Shown here piece after piece: positions 27,801-36,415 of a stretch of 61,943 bases of DNA. The stretch covers positions 1 through 61,943 of the forward strand of contig JAZQZU010000050.1 in the NCBI GenBank assembly GCA_045634165.1. Reading direction: 5' to 3'. The notes under the pieces are model-generated. The model searched no databases. It had not been told where the DNA came from and saw only the letters and a program-made list of their open reading frames with translations. How positions within the stretch are numbered: position 1 is the first letter of the stretch; the number at the start of each line of letters is the position of its first letter. The DNA is from Acutalibacteraceae bacterium (lineage in GTDB: Bacteria > Bacillota > Clostridia > Oscillospirales > Acutalibacteraceae). Position numbers and translations under genes: made by a program.

Positions 27801-30298
27801 TCAGTGGAACGGCTATAAGCAATCCTGAATGTCCGCGAGTCACAAAGCTTGGATCGGGTGCGTTTAAGAATTGCACAAACCTTGGCATTGTAAAATTCCC
27901 AGTGCTTGAATATATAAATTTAAGTGTATTTGAAAATAGTGAAGCTTCTGTTACTGAGCTTGATTTAAGAAGAGTTTTACGTGTATATGAAGAAGCAGTT
28001 AATTTCGATTTTTCTGAATTTATTAACCTTAAATCTGTAAATCTATATATGCAACCTGTTATTCCTGCCCGTAGCTTTAAGGGTTGTTCTGCTCTTGAAG
28101 AAATAAATCTGGCCAGTTGCACAAAAATTTGTGAAGAAGCGTTTGCTTATTGTGCTTCTCTTGTGGAAGTGAAAGTTAATATGGCGACAACTATTGAGAA
28201 AAATGCTTTTCAATATTGTACAGGTCTGCAGATATTTGAGGCAAATAACGTTACAACCTTTGATTTCACCACCTTTGACGGTTGCTCAAACTTGAAAAGT
28301 CTTTCTTTCAATTCATTGCTTGAAATTCCAGTTGATGAAGACGGAAAGATAAATGTAAAAGGTATTGATAATCTTGAGAGTTTCAGTGCAAATAATCTTG
28401 CAGTTATTCCGAATAATTTCCTTAAAGATTGCACTAAACTTACTACAGTTTCATTCGCAAGTGCTAGTGAAGTTGGTGATTACGCGTTTTATAATACGGC
28501 TATTACAGCAATTGATTTTCCTTTGGTTACATCCGTCGGTGAATACGCTTTTGCGTCTTGTTCTGAACTCGCTTCTGTTATTTTAACGAAAGTTGAAAAG
28601 CTTCCTTTGACTGCACTTTCTGGAAGCCATAATATTACTTCGCTTTACATAGATTCAATTACGGAGCTACCTGTTTCAGACGAAGGATTATCTTATGTTA
28701 GTGATAAAATGTTGCTTACTGTATTTAGTTGTGATAGTGTTACTGAAATTCCTGACGATTATTTCGTAAACAACAAAAATCTTGAAAGTGTTTCCATATT
28801 AAAAGCTAAAGTAATAGGTAATCGTGCCTTTATGGATGTTCCTGTTGACGGTGATTTTTGGGTCGAAGAGCTTGAAGTTGTTGGTGAATATGCGTTCTAT
28901 GGTTCCAAAATAGATAAATTAATGTGTGACACGATAGTTGAAATTGGCGATCATGCTTTCCAGTATTCATCTATTGGACGAGCAGGTTCTGATTCATTAT
29001 CAAAAATAGGTGAATATGCATTTGCTGATTGCGAAAAACTTTCCTATGTTTATGCACTTGGCGAGACACTCCAGATTGGCGTTGGTGCCTTTGAAAATAA
29101 TGCAAAAATGACTTCGTTTTCTGCTTATGCAGAATTTGCGGTCTCTGACAAATGTTTCAAAAATTGTAATAAATTGAACCAGATAATTTCTACCACTTCC
29201 CCGAGAAATAACAGGATAGCCTATATAACCCATATTGGGAATGAGGCTTTCAGTGGTTGTACATCTTTAAAAGCAGAATATTTTGATTTTTCAAAAATTC
29301 AGCATATGGGAACTGACTGCATTAATGGGGTGAAATTTACTGCTATCCCAATGAATATGAGCGATCTGGTATGCGCTGATGAAGGTGCTTTCAACGGATT
29401 CAATTGTTCATCACTTGCTCTTGAAAATGCGGAGGTTATTAAAGATTTACCCGAATGTGAGTACGTTGTTATCGGTTCGGATATTAAAGAATTCAGTTGT
29501 GAAAGTACCGATACAATTATTTGTGCTTATGAAGACAGCGTTGTTGATGAATTCTGTACCGCTAATGGCTTGAACTTCAAAAAATATGACGGTAAAGAAA
29601 ATATCTTTTATGATGTTGACTCGGTTCTTACGGGGTATGATTATGTGCTTAGCTTTGAAGCAATGGGCTTTAACACAACATACGAGTGGTACGCCTGCAA
29701 CAATCCCGATAGAAGTGATGGGGTGTATATCGGCAACACTTATAATGACCCACAGTTAAATGACCCCATAACCATATTCTTTGATAACTGCGAAGAAAAT
29801 AAATATACTTATTTCTACTGCATTGCAACAAGTACCGAAAACGGCAATGTTATTGAAATAGAAAGCCGTCTTTGTAAAAATTTATTTGCAACCATTAAGG
29901 GAACTGACAATACGTTTATTGATTTCTATAACGAATTAATATATACGGATAGTATTTATAATATCAATACTCTTGATAATATATTTACTGTTAACGGTGA
30001 TATAAGAGTCACACCCTCGTACTCGACCGACACCGAAACCTGCTATGGTTCAGGTACGGTAGTGGAAATATTAAATGGTGATGAGGTTGCGCTTACACAA
30101 ACGATTGTTGTTTATGGCGATATAAATGGTGACGGCATTGTGGATGTCCTTGATGTATCAAAAATCGAAAAAGAGGCTAATGGAAATTCGACCGGATTTA
30201 CTGAAAAACACTTTGAGATGGCGGCGGATACTGATGATAGCGGAAGTATCGATGTAGCCGATTACCAGTCGGCAGTAAACAAAGCATTAGCGAGTTAA
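24857..30298 (+). CDS. Secreted subtilisin-like S8 serine protease fused to about 45 BspA-type leucine-rich repeats and a C-terminal type-I dockerin
   Basis: Signal peptide, then an I9-like propeptide. Catalytic triad contexts VAVVDTGV (Asp codon at 25391), GHGTHVAG (His codon at 25490) and SGTSMAAP (Ser codon at 25934). A CHB_HEX_C-like module (TPVFTYSSGEF...). LRR_5-type repeats (IGxxAFxxCxxLTSV) span about 26350-29550. Dockerin Ca-binding loops GDINGDGIVDVLD and DTDDSGSIDVAD are encoded at 30119-30265. Confidence 0.9.
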   Translation: MKKLLSVLLSFCIIFSSISVVYALDVELPKSLDAFTEDVSALINEYEELSSESAVYFTVADDENEEQNTEGTNRLIVKSSRKIDTLNAINSVSGYNNLYILQFENSEDCDAALEHYSTLSYVQYVQEDGILEETAIEETEAPFNEAAIGTSSQYQSDIFGYTNAKANMGSAEVTIAVVDTGVANDHEYLAGRVIPTGFDSVYNESCYDKRGHGTHVAGIIVANTKSNVKIKPYKVIGDDGTGTDTQLYLGIQAAIEDGVDIINLSLTRKGESEVVHEAVQNAYNAGITVVAAAGNDNANLNETFYTPACFDEVICVVNIDANKKRASTSNWRFNDTLSAPGVDILSSYVNNTYKIMSGTSMAAPFISCCVAYLLASGDYYSPEEAYNTLFANTQQGATKNIHYVVPGELINSKNTCATPVFTYSSGEFAGYLDVGITCSTPGATVMYRTSDMSSDTYYEYTGPIRIEKNASFSAYAFCPNYKVSSSASVDYTKVNIDTSVFNIDENGTLIGYTGTDTVVEVPDFVNGKCVSSVSSTAFGGNTALTKVSFGQYLTTIGGGAFKNCTALTTVYASSCIDVEAEAFKGCTSLKTLSITSVVTIGNKAFSGCSSLTSVSLNKLILIGDNAFENTGLTTFRASKLTNIGDSAFYGSALKTVSLSKVTEIGANAFAYCGNLTSVTFTSATSVGKYCFSGCENLTSATISKISVISEGVFKNCKGLTNVGASSASIVEAYAFYGCSGITSFDFTKITSIGDYAFAETGIESIVLPNTVTELGEKSFYNCSAVKSIELTSFDVFDTLDFLGMPNVETLDVPKVTEFAFNGGSFSAVFPKLKTFNNANGIKELTSSFFDGCSELESITFTNVTKIGDNAFKGTALKEANFSNVTDIGKSCFSDMPTLETVVLSSLNHIDFSVFSGSENVKFINLHNLKELPTDFRCVEIFPHIQHFDSGCVTDIPEYAFKDCSELTYYNFVYAVTIGDEAFSGTAISNPECPRVTKLGSGAFKNCTNLGIVKFPVLEYINLSVFENSEASVTELDLRRVLRVYEEAVNFDFSEFINLKSVNLYMQPVIPARSFKGCSALEEINLASCTKICEEAFAYCASLVEVKVNMATTIEKNAFQYCTGLQIFEANNVTTFDFTTFDGCSNLKSLSFNSLLEIPVDEDGKINVKGIDNLESFSANNLAVIPNNFLKDCTKLTTVSFASASEVGDYAFYNTAITAIDFPLVTSVGEYAFASCSELASVILTKVEKLPLTALSGSHNITSLYIDSITELPVSDEGLSYVSDKMLLTVFSCDSVTEIPDDYFVNNKNLESVSILKAKVIGNRAFMDVPVDGDFWVEELEVVGEYAFYGSKIDKLMCDTIVEIGDHAFQYSSIGRAGSDSLSKIGEYAFADCEKLSYVYALGETLQIGVGAFENNAKMTSFSAYAEFAVSDKCFKNCNKLNQIISTTSPRNNRIAYITHIGNEAFSGCTSLKAEYFDFSKIQHMGTDCINGVKFTAIPMNMSDLVCADEGAFNGFNCSSLALENAEVIKDLPECEYVVIGSDIKEFSCESTDTIICAYEDSVVDEFCTANGLNFKKYDGKENIFYDVDSVLTGYDYVLSFEAMGFNTTYEWYACNNPDRSDGVYIGNTYNDPQLNDPITIFFDNCEENKYTYFYCIATSTENGNVIEIESRLCKNLFATIKGTDNTFIDFYNELIYTDSIYNINTLDNIFTVNGDIRVTPSYSTDTETCYGSGTVVEILNGDEVALTQTIVVYGDINGDGIVDVLDVSKIEKEANGNSTGFTEKHFEMAADTDDSGSIDVADYQSAVNKALAS

Positions 30299-30306
30299 AA
30301 AAATAA

Positions 30307-30346
30307 ATCAACAGTCCGTATCAATTGATACGGACTGTTGATTTTA
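30307..30346. terminator. Strong bidirectional terminator (16-bp perfect stem)
   Basis: Stem atcaacagtccgtatc-aatt-gatacggactgttgat flanked by A-rich and T-rich runs, between convergent genes. Confidence 0.8.
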
Positions 30347-30352
30347 TAAATC

Positions 30353-31558
30353 TTATTTCTGTAACTTCTTAATAAGTGCTTTGCAATCCTCAAGATTCAT
30401 AATCTTGGGAACGGGGTAGAGGGGATTACCTTCTTTAAGAGCACGTTCAGCGATAAGGGGAATATCCTCATCCTTAATCTGTTCGAATCCGTCGGGGATA
30501 CCCATTTTTTCGTTGAGCTCTCTGATAGCGGCGATGAAGCGTTTAGCCTTTTCACGGTCGCCCTGTGCAGGACCTGAAACACCTGCAACGTCTGCAAGTT
30601 CTGCAAGACGTTTGTAAGCAGTTTCACCGAAATAATCGAGCACGTAGGGGAGAATAACTGCGTTTGCAAGACCGTGGGGGATGTTATACATACCGCCAAG
30701 GTTATGTGCAATAGCGTGAACGTAACCAACATAAGCCCTTGTGAAAGCAAGACCTGCGTGGTATGAAGCAACCAGCATATTTTCACGAGCATCAAGGTCT
30801 TTACCATTTACATAAGCTTTTTCGATATTTTCAAAAACAAGCTTTGTAGCAATTAAAGCATCTTCTTCAGTCTGTTTTGTGTTGCTTTTACCGATATATG
30901 CCTCAACCGCATGTGTAAGGGCATCCATACCTGTTGTTGATGTAATGTGAGGAGGAAGACCTGCAGTAAGCTCGGGGTCAAGAACTGCATATTTAGGACG
31001 AAGAACAGGGTCCATAATTGAGTTCTTTTCGTGAGTGTCGGGGTTGGAGATAACCGCCGCAATTGTACACTCTGAACCTGTACCTGCAGTTGTGGGAACT
31101 GCGTAGAAGGGAGGTAATTTCTTAAGAACTTTAAGAACACCGCGCATCTGTGAAGGTGTCTGCTTGGGTTTTACAACACGTGCCGCAGTAACCTTTGCAC
31201 AGTCCATGGGTGAACCGCCACCGAAAGCGATAAAGCCTTCGCAGTTGTTATCCTTATACATTTTAAGGGCATCTTCAATATTATAAATAGTGGGATTAGG
31301 CTGAACACCGTCAAAAACGGAGTATTTGATACCCTCTGCCTCAAGACCTTCAAAAAGTGAATCTAAAAGATGAAGACTCATAAGACCTTTATCGGTAACA
31401 ACAAGAACGTTGTTTACCCCCTCGCTTTTAACAAGCTTGGGAAGTTCTTTGATTGAACCAGCACCTTTAAGAAGCTTGGGGGGAGTCCAATCAAGGAAAT
31501 TAACGGCAAACTTCATAGTTTTCTGATAAACTCTGCAATATGCGTTGTTTAAGCTCAT
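30353..31558 (-). CDS. Iron-containing (group III) alcohol dehydrogenase
   Basis: GGGSPMDCAK and the histidine cluster HAIAHNLGGMYNIPHG. RBS GGAGG in the 18-nt gap after tyrS suggests co-transcription. Confidence 0.85.
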   Translation of the reverse strand: MSLNNAYCRVYQKTMKFAVNFLDWTPPKLLKGAGSIKELPKLVKSEGVNNVLVVTDKGLMSLHLLDSLFEGLEAEGIKYSVFDGVQPNPTIYNIEDALKMYKDNNCEGFIAFGGGSPMDCAKVTAARVVKPKQTPSQMRGVLKVLKKLPPFYAVPTTAGTGSECTIAAVISNPDTHEKNSIMDPVLRPKYAVLDPELTAGLPPHITSTTGMDALTHAVEAYIGKSNTKQTEEDALIATKLVFENIEKAYVNGKDLDARENMLVASYHAGLAFTRAYVGYVHAIAHNLGGMYNIPHGLANAVILPYVLDYFGETAYKRLAELADVAGVSGPAQGDREKAKRFIAAIRELNEKMGIPDGFEQIKDEDIPLIAERALKEGNPLYPVPKIMNLEDCKALIKKLQK

Positions 31559-31576
31559 AACAAGACCTCCGTTTAA

Positions 31577-32800
31577 TTATTTAATAATTTTGTGGAATAC
31601 TTTTTTACCTTTTTTGATGATTACATAACCCTTTTCGAAATCTGCAAGGGGAATGATGTGAGCAGGAGCAGTAACTTTAACATCATCAACGCTAACGCCA
31701 CCCTGTTCGATAAGTCTTCTTGCTTCACCTCTGGATGTTACAAGACCTGCTTTAATCATTGCGTCAATGATGTTAAGACCATCATCACTGAAATCATCTG
31801 CACCAAGAGTTGTTGAAGGCATATTTTCGGAATTACCAACCCCTGTAAAGATTGCTCTTGCGGCAGACTGAGCTTTTTCAGCTTCTTCGGTGCCGTGAAC
31901 GAGGGCTGTAAGTTCGTAAGCGAGAATTTCTTTTGCCTTATTAAGCTGACTGCCTTCCCATTTATCCATTTCGTCAATCTGCTCAAGGGGAAGGAAAGTG
32001 AGCATACGGATACATTTAAGAACGTCACCATCTGCAACGTTACGCCAGTACTGATAGAATTCGTAGGGAGAAGTTTTATTAGCATCAAGCCAAACTGCGT
32101 TACCTGCGGTTTTACCCATCTTTTTACCCTGCGAGTCGGTAAGAAGGGTGATTGTCATTGCGTGAGCATCTTTGCCTAATTTTTTACGGATAAGCTCTGT
32201 ACCACCGAGCATATTGCTCCACTGGTCGTCACCGCCGAACTGCATATTACAACCGTATTCTTTAAAGAGATGGTAGAAGTCGTAGCTCTGCATAATCATA
32301 TAGTTGAATTCGAGGAAGCTAAGACCTGTTGCCATTCTCTGCTTGTAGCACTCTGCACGAAGCATATTGTTAACTGAGAAACAAGCACCAACGTCACGAA
32401 GAAGTTCAACATAGTTAAGGTTAAGGAGCCATTCTGCATTGTTAACCATCTGTGCCTTGCCTTCGCCGAACTCAATAAAACGTTCCATCTGACGTTTGAA
32501 GCACTCTGCGTTGTGGTCGATGTCCTCTTTAGTAAGCATTTTTCTCATATCGGTTCTGCCTGAGGGGCCACCAATCATTGTGGTACCGCCACCGATAAGT
32601 GCGATAGGCTTGTTACCTGCCATCTGCAAACGCTTCATAAGTGTAAGTGCCATAAAATGACCTGCAGTAAGACTGTCTGCAGTACAGTCAAAGCCAATGT
32701 AGAAATTAGCCTTACCACTATTAATCATCTCACGAATTTCGCTTTCGTTTGTAACCTGCGCGATAAGTCCGCGAGCTACTAATTCTTCATAAATACCCAT
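31577..32800 (-). CDS. tyrS: Tyrosine--tRNA ligase
   Basis: Class I signature DCTADSLTAGHF (a HIGH variant), KMGKT (KMSKS), and a C-terminal S4 domain (SRGEARRLIEQGGVSV). Confidence 0.9.
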   Translation of the reverse strand: MGIYEELVARGLIAQVTNESEIREMINSGKANFYIGFDCTADSLTAGHFMALTLMKRLQMAGNKPIALIGGGTTMIGGPSGRTDMRKMLTKEDIDHNAECFKRQMERFIEFGEGKAQMVNNAEWLLNLNYVELLRDVGACFSVNNMLRAECYKQRMATGLSFLEFNYMIMQSYDFYHLFKEYGCNMQFGGDDQWSNMLGGTELIRKKLGKDAHAMTITLLTDSQGKKMGKTAGNAVWLDANKTSPYEFYQYWRNVADGDVLKCIRMLTFLPLEQIDEMDKWEGSQLNKAKEILAYELTALVHGTEEAEKAQSAARAIFTGVGNSENMPSTTLGADDFSDDGLNIIDAMIKAGLVTSRGEARRLIEQGGVSVDDVKVTAPAHIIPLADFEKGYVIIKKGKKVFHKIIK

Positions 32801-32842
32801 TGTGAAATCTCCTAAATAATTAGTTTATTACATACATTTAAA

Positions 32843-32871
32843 ATTATATTACAAATGTAAATAATTGTCAA
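32843..32871 (-). promoter_or_regulatory. Consensus sigma-A promoter for tyrS
   Basis: On the minus strand: TTGACA (32871-32866), 17-nt spacer, TATAAT (32848-32843). The leader to the ATG is only about 35-40 nt. Confidence 0.6.
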
Positions 32872-32894
32872 ATATAATTTGAGTAATTCAACTG

Positions 32895-32922
32895 TTGACA
32901 AATCTATTAAAACTACTATAAT
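32895..32922 (+). promoter_or_regulatory. Near-consensus promoter for the FMN riboswitch / ribU transcript
   Basis: TTGACA (32895-32900), 16-nt spacer, TATAAT (32917-32922). Confidence 0.6.
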
Positions 32923-32933
32923 AGTAATGATGA

Positions 32934-33044
32934 AAAACTTCAGGGCGGGGTGTGATTCCCCACCGGCAGTAAAAGTCTGCGAGCCTTTTGGCTGACTGGG
33001 TGCAATTCCCAGACCGACGGTATAGTCCGGATGGAAGAAGATTT
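32934..33044 (+). ncRNA. FMN riboswitch (RFN element) aptamer
   Basis: cttcAGGGCGGGGTGTGATTCCCCACCGGCAGTAAAAGTCTGCGAGCC...GGTGCAATTCCCAGACCGACGGTATAGTCCGGATGGAAGAAG matches the conserved RFN core. P1 is cttc/gaag. Confidence 0.9.
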
Positions 33045-33070
33045 CACATATATTTGTGTTATGTCTTTTT

Positions 33071-33101
33071 ATCGCCCTGAGTCTTTCGGGGCGATTTTTT
33101 T
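33071..33101 (+). terminator. Riboswitch expression-platform terminator
   Basis: Stem atcgccctga / tttcggggcgat followed by tttttttt, immediately upstream of the ribU RBS. Confidence 0.75.
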
Positions 33102-33119
33102 ATTTAAGAGGTGTTTTTT

Positions 33120-33701
33120 ATGAAAACAACAAACAGCAAACAAAAGCTTCAAAGACTCACAACCGCTTCGGTACTTGCAGCACTTTCGATTGTGCTTATG
33201 GTTACCATTAGGTTTCCTATTTTTCCTGCTACACCGTTCTATGAAATGGAATTTGCAGACGTACCAATTTTAATTTGTTCGTGGATTTTAGGTCCCATAT
33301 ACGCCTTGGTGTCCTTACTTGTTGTATGTGTTATTCAGACACTTACAGTAAGTGCAGGTAGTGGTATTATCGGTTTCCTTATGCACTTTTTGTCATCTGG
33401 ACTTCTTATAGTCATACTTTCATTATTCAAATTAAAAATCAGAAAGTGCACAGGTGCTAAAAATATTATTTTACGTGTGGTTTCTGCAATCGTGGGTGTT
33501 ATTGCGGTAATTCTTGTTATGATACCTATGAATGTTTGGCTTACATCGGAATTTATGGGACTTCCTGCATCCGAATTTTTTAAGGCTTATCTTGTTTATT
33601 GCGTGGGCTTCAACGCTATAAAAGCAGGTGCAAACGTGCTTTTATATAACCTTATTTCACCTCAATTAAATAAGTTTTACAAAAAACTTTTTAAAATTTA
33701 A
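33120..33701 (+). CDS. ribU: Riboflavin transporter, ECF S-component RibU-like
   Basis: About six TM helices, preceded by the FMN riboswitch. ATG at 33120 lies 6 nt after aagaggtg. Confidence 0.8.
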   Translation: MKTTNSKQKLQRLTTASVLAALSIVLMVTIRFPIFPATPFYEMEFADVPILICSWILGPIYALVSLLVVCVIQTLTVSAGSGIIGFLMHFLSSGLLIVILSLFKLKIRKCTGAKNIILRVVSAIVGVIAVILVMIPMNVWLTSEFMGLPASEFFKAYLVYCVGFNAIKAGANVLLYNLISPQLNKFYKKLFKI

Positions 33702-33763
33702 AGAATAATAAAATACTTAGCACATATAATCATATCAATACTGTATTGATTTTATAAAACCTA

Positions 33764-33792
33764 TTGACAAAGGTTATTAAAATTTATACAAT
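33764..33792 (+). promoter_or_regulatory. Promoter for the ACP-like gene and proS
   Basis: TTGACA (33764-33769), 17-nt spacer, TACAAT (33787-33792). Confidence 0.5.
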
Positions 33793-33840
33793 TTATTAGT
33801 TATAAAATTTAATTTTAATTCTTATGGAGATGTTTATTTT

Positions 33841-34059
33841 ATGCCTTACGAAAAAATCAAACAAATTATCTGTGAAGAATTTGAAATTGATGAAGACGAA
33901 ATCACCCTTGACGCTAATTTAGAACGCGACCTTGGCTTTGATGAGCTTGACATTGCGGACCTTTGTATGAGTCTTGAGGATACTTTTGATAAGGAAATTT
34001 CCCTCGAAGACCTTGAAAGCCTTGAAACAGTCGGGGATTTTGTTAAGCATTTAGAATAA
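33841..34059 (+). CDS. Acyl-carrier-protein homologue lacking the phosphopantetheine-attachment serine (DSL changed to DEL)
   Basis: 72 aa and acidic. It aligns by eye with ACP helices I-III: E. coli [21 protein letters not shown] against this protein RDLGFDELDIADLCMSLEDTF. Confidence 0.7.
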   Translation: MPYEKIKQIICEEFEIDEDEITLDANLERDLGFDELDIADLCMSLEDTFDKEISLEDLESLETVGDFVKHLE

Positions 34060-34083
34060 TAAAAAGATAAAGAGGATGTATTA

Positions 34084-35523
34084 ATGGCAGAACAGAAAAA
34101 AATGGTTGAAGCCATAACTTCTATGGAAGTTGACTTCGCCCAATGGTACACAGATGTTGTTAAAAAAGCCGACCTTGTTGACTATTCAAGTGTTAAAGGT
34201 TGTATGATTATAAGACCTTACGGCTACGCTATATGGGAAAATATTCAGAATATTCTTGATACTGAGTTCAAAAGAACTGGTCACGAGAATGTTTATATGC
34301 CTATGTTTATTCCCGAAAGCCTTTTACAAAAGGAGAAAGACCACGTTGAAGGCTTCGCTCCCGAGGTTGCATGGGTTACACACGGCGGTAGTAACGAGCT
34401 TGAGGAAAGACTTTGCGTAAGACCCACTTCAGAAACACTTTTCTGCGAACATTACGCTAAAATCATTCAGTCACACCGCGACCTTCCTAAGCTTTACAAC
34501 CAGTGGTGTAGCGTTGTTCGTTGGGAAAAAACTACAAGACCCTTCCTCAGAACACGTGAGTTCTTATGGCAGGAGGGTCACACAGTTCACGCAACTGCCG
34601 AGGAGGCTATCGAAGAAACAGAACGTATGCTTAACGTATACGCAGATACTTGCGAAAAAGCCCTCTGTATGCCCGTTGTAAGAGGCGTTAAGACCGAAAG
34701 CGATAAGTTTGCAGGTGCAGTTTCTACATACTGTATTGAAGCTCTTATGCACGATGGTAAGGCTTTACAGGCGGCTACATCTCACTACTTCGGTGACGGT
34801 TTTGCAAAAGCCTTTGACATGACATACCAGGATAAAGAAAATAAACTTCAGTACGTTCACCAGACATCATGGGGTTGTACTACAAGACTTATCGGTGCTA
34901 TCATTATGTCACACGGTGATAACAACGGTCTTGTTCTTCCTCCTGCAGTAGCACCCATTCAGGTTGTTATTCTTCCCATTGCTCAGCATAAGGAAGGCGT
35001 TCTTGACAAGGCTTACGAACTTAAAGAGAGACTTTCTAAGGTGTTCCGTGTTAAGGTTGACGATTCTTCTAACTCCGCAGGTTGGAAATTTGCTGAGTAC
35101 GAAATGAAGGGTGTACCGCTTAGACTTGAAATCGGTCCTAAGGATATTGAAAACAATCAGTGCGTTCTCGTTAGGCGTGATAACAGAGAAAAAATCTTTG
35201 TTTCCCTTGATAACCTTGAACAGAGCATTCAGGAAACACTTGATGCATACGCACAGGCTATCTATGATAAAGCCCTTGAAAACGTTAAGAAACGTACTTA
35301 CACCTGTACCGATATTGATGAAATCAGCAAAATGCTTGAAGCAAACGGCGACGGTTTCGTTAAGGCTATGTGGTGTGGTGACGAGGAATGCGAAGACAAA
35401 GTTAAGGAACTTACAGGCGTTGGTTCACGTTGTATACCCTTTAATCAGGAAGAAATTTCAGATAAATGTATCTGCTGCGGCAAACCCGCAAAACACCTTG
35501 TTTATTGGGCTAAAGCATACTAA
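34084..35523 (+). CDS. proS: Proline--tRNA ligase (archaeal/eukaryote-like type, no INS editing domain)
   Basis: About 479 aa with class II motifs ([20 protein letters not shown]). The C-terminal Zn-binding domain ends in ...YWAKAY. Confidence 0.9.
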   Translation: MAEQKKMVEAITSMEVDFAQWYTDVVKKADLVDYSSVKGCMIIRPYGYAIWENIQNILDTEFKRTGHENVYMPMFIPESLLQKEKDHVEGFAPEVAWVTHGGSNELEERLCVRPTSETLFCEHYAKIIQSHRDLPKLYNQWCSVVRWEKTTRPFLRTREFLWQEGHTVHATAEEAIEETERMLNVYADTCEKALCMPVVRGVKTESDKFAGAVSTYCIEALMHDGKALQAATSHYFGDGFAKAFDMTYQDKENKLQYVHQTSWGCTTRLIGAIIMSHGDNNGLVLPPAVAPIQVVILPIAQHKEGVLDKAYELKERLSKVFRVKVDDSSNSAGWKFAEYEMKGVPLRLEIGPKDIENNQCVLVRRDNREKIFVSLDNLEQSIQETLDAYAQAIYDKALENVKKRTYTCTDIDEISKMLEANGDGFVKAMWCGDEECEDKVKELTGVGSRCIPFNQEEISDKCICCGKPAKHLVYWAKAY

Positions 35524-35532
35524 GATAAAAAC

Positions 35533-35563
35533 CACTTGCATAAAAATTGCAAGTGTTTTTTTT
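35533..35563 (+). terminator. Terminator after proS
   Basis: Stem cacttgca / tgcaagtg followed by tttttttt. Confidence 0.7.
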
Positions 35564-35610
35564 ATAATAATGAATGAGTAATTTTGAGTCCGAGATTCCT
35601 CATTCCACAT

Positions 35611-35643
35611 TAAAAAGTCGCTTACCGAAGTAAGCGACTTTTT
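35611..35643 (-). terminator. Terminator after dapB
   Basis: Stem aagtcgcttac / gtaagcgactt with a cgaa loop and a T-run on the minus strand. Confidence 0.7.
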
Positions 35644-36396
35644 TCATTTATTAACAAGATCTGTCATACTATAAACGCCTGTTTCTTTATTTTTAAGAAA
35701 TACTGCAGCGTTAACTGCACCGTTTGCAAAGATTGCTCTTGAACGTGCACTGTGACTGAGTTTAACTATTTCGTCATTACCGGCAAAAATAACCTCGTGT
35801 TCACCAACGATTGTACCCCCACGGACTGAGTGAATGCCGATTTCGTTTGTATGTCTTTTTTCACGCTTTGAGTGTCTGTCATACTCAAAGTAAGCATCGG
35901 GCATTTCTTCTTTAATAGCATTACCGAGCATAATTGCAGTACCGCTGGGTGCGTCAAGTTTCTGATTATGGTGGGCTTCAACAATTTCAACATCAAAGCC
36001 ACCACCGAGTACCTTTGCTGCAACCTTTGAAAGCTCACAAAGAAGGCTTACACCGATTGACATATTGTAGCTGAAGAAAACGGGAACAGTTTTACCTGCA
36101 TCTTCAACAGATTTTATCTGCTCATCAGTAAGACCCGTTGTTGCAAGTACAATACCTGTGCCTGTTTTAACAGCGTAACCGAGCATTGCGGGTAAAAGTG
36201 AGGGGTTTGAAAAGTCGATTATAACGTCGGCTTTGACCTGAACCTCATCATAATTTGAAAACACAGGGAAACCGAGAGTTGCATCATCAACCATATCAAT
36301 ACCTGCAACTATTTCGCAATCCTTACGTCCGGCAACTGCAGAGGCAACGAATCTGCCCATTTTACCGCAACAACCGCTTAAAAGTATTTTTGTCAT
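35644..36396 (-). CDS. dapB: 4-hydroxy-tetrahydrodipicolinate reductase
   Basis: N-terminal GCCGKMG Rossmann loop and EAHHNQKLDAPSGTA catalytic motif. Confidence 0.9.
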   Translation of the reverse strand: MTKILLSGCCGKMGRFVASAVAGRKDCEIVAGIDMVDDATLGFPVFSNYDEVQVKADVIIDFSNPSLLPAMLGYAVKTGTGIVLATTGLTDEQIKSVEDAGKTVPVFFSYNMSIGVSLLCELSKVAAKVLGGGFDVEIVEAHHNQKLDAPSGTAIMLGNAIKEEMPDAYFEYDRHSKREKRHTNEIGIHSVRGGTIVGEHEVIFAGNDEIVKLSHSARSRAIFANGAVNAAVFLKNKETGVYSMTDLVNK

Positions 36397-36415
36397 TTAA
36401 CTTCCTCCCAAGCTT

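Noticed and set aside
32801-32935. Expected T-box riboswitch upstream of tyrS.
   Set aside because: Only about 130 nt of AT-rich sequence is available, with a consensus promoter about 40 nt from the ATG. I saw no specifier-loop or T-box (AATTAGGGTGGTACCGCG-like) sequence. The structured RNA in this region is an FMN riboswitch on the other strand.
33841-35523. ACP-like gene plus proS as an amino acid:carrier-protein ligase system.
   Set aside because: The ProRS is a full-length housekeeping-type enzyme with anticodon-binding and C-terminal Zn domains. The carrier homologue lacks the serine needed for a phosphopantetheine arm, so aminoacyl loading is not possible as such.
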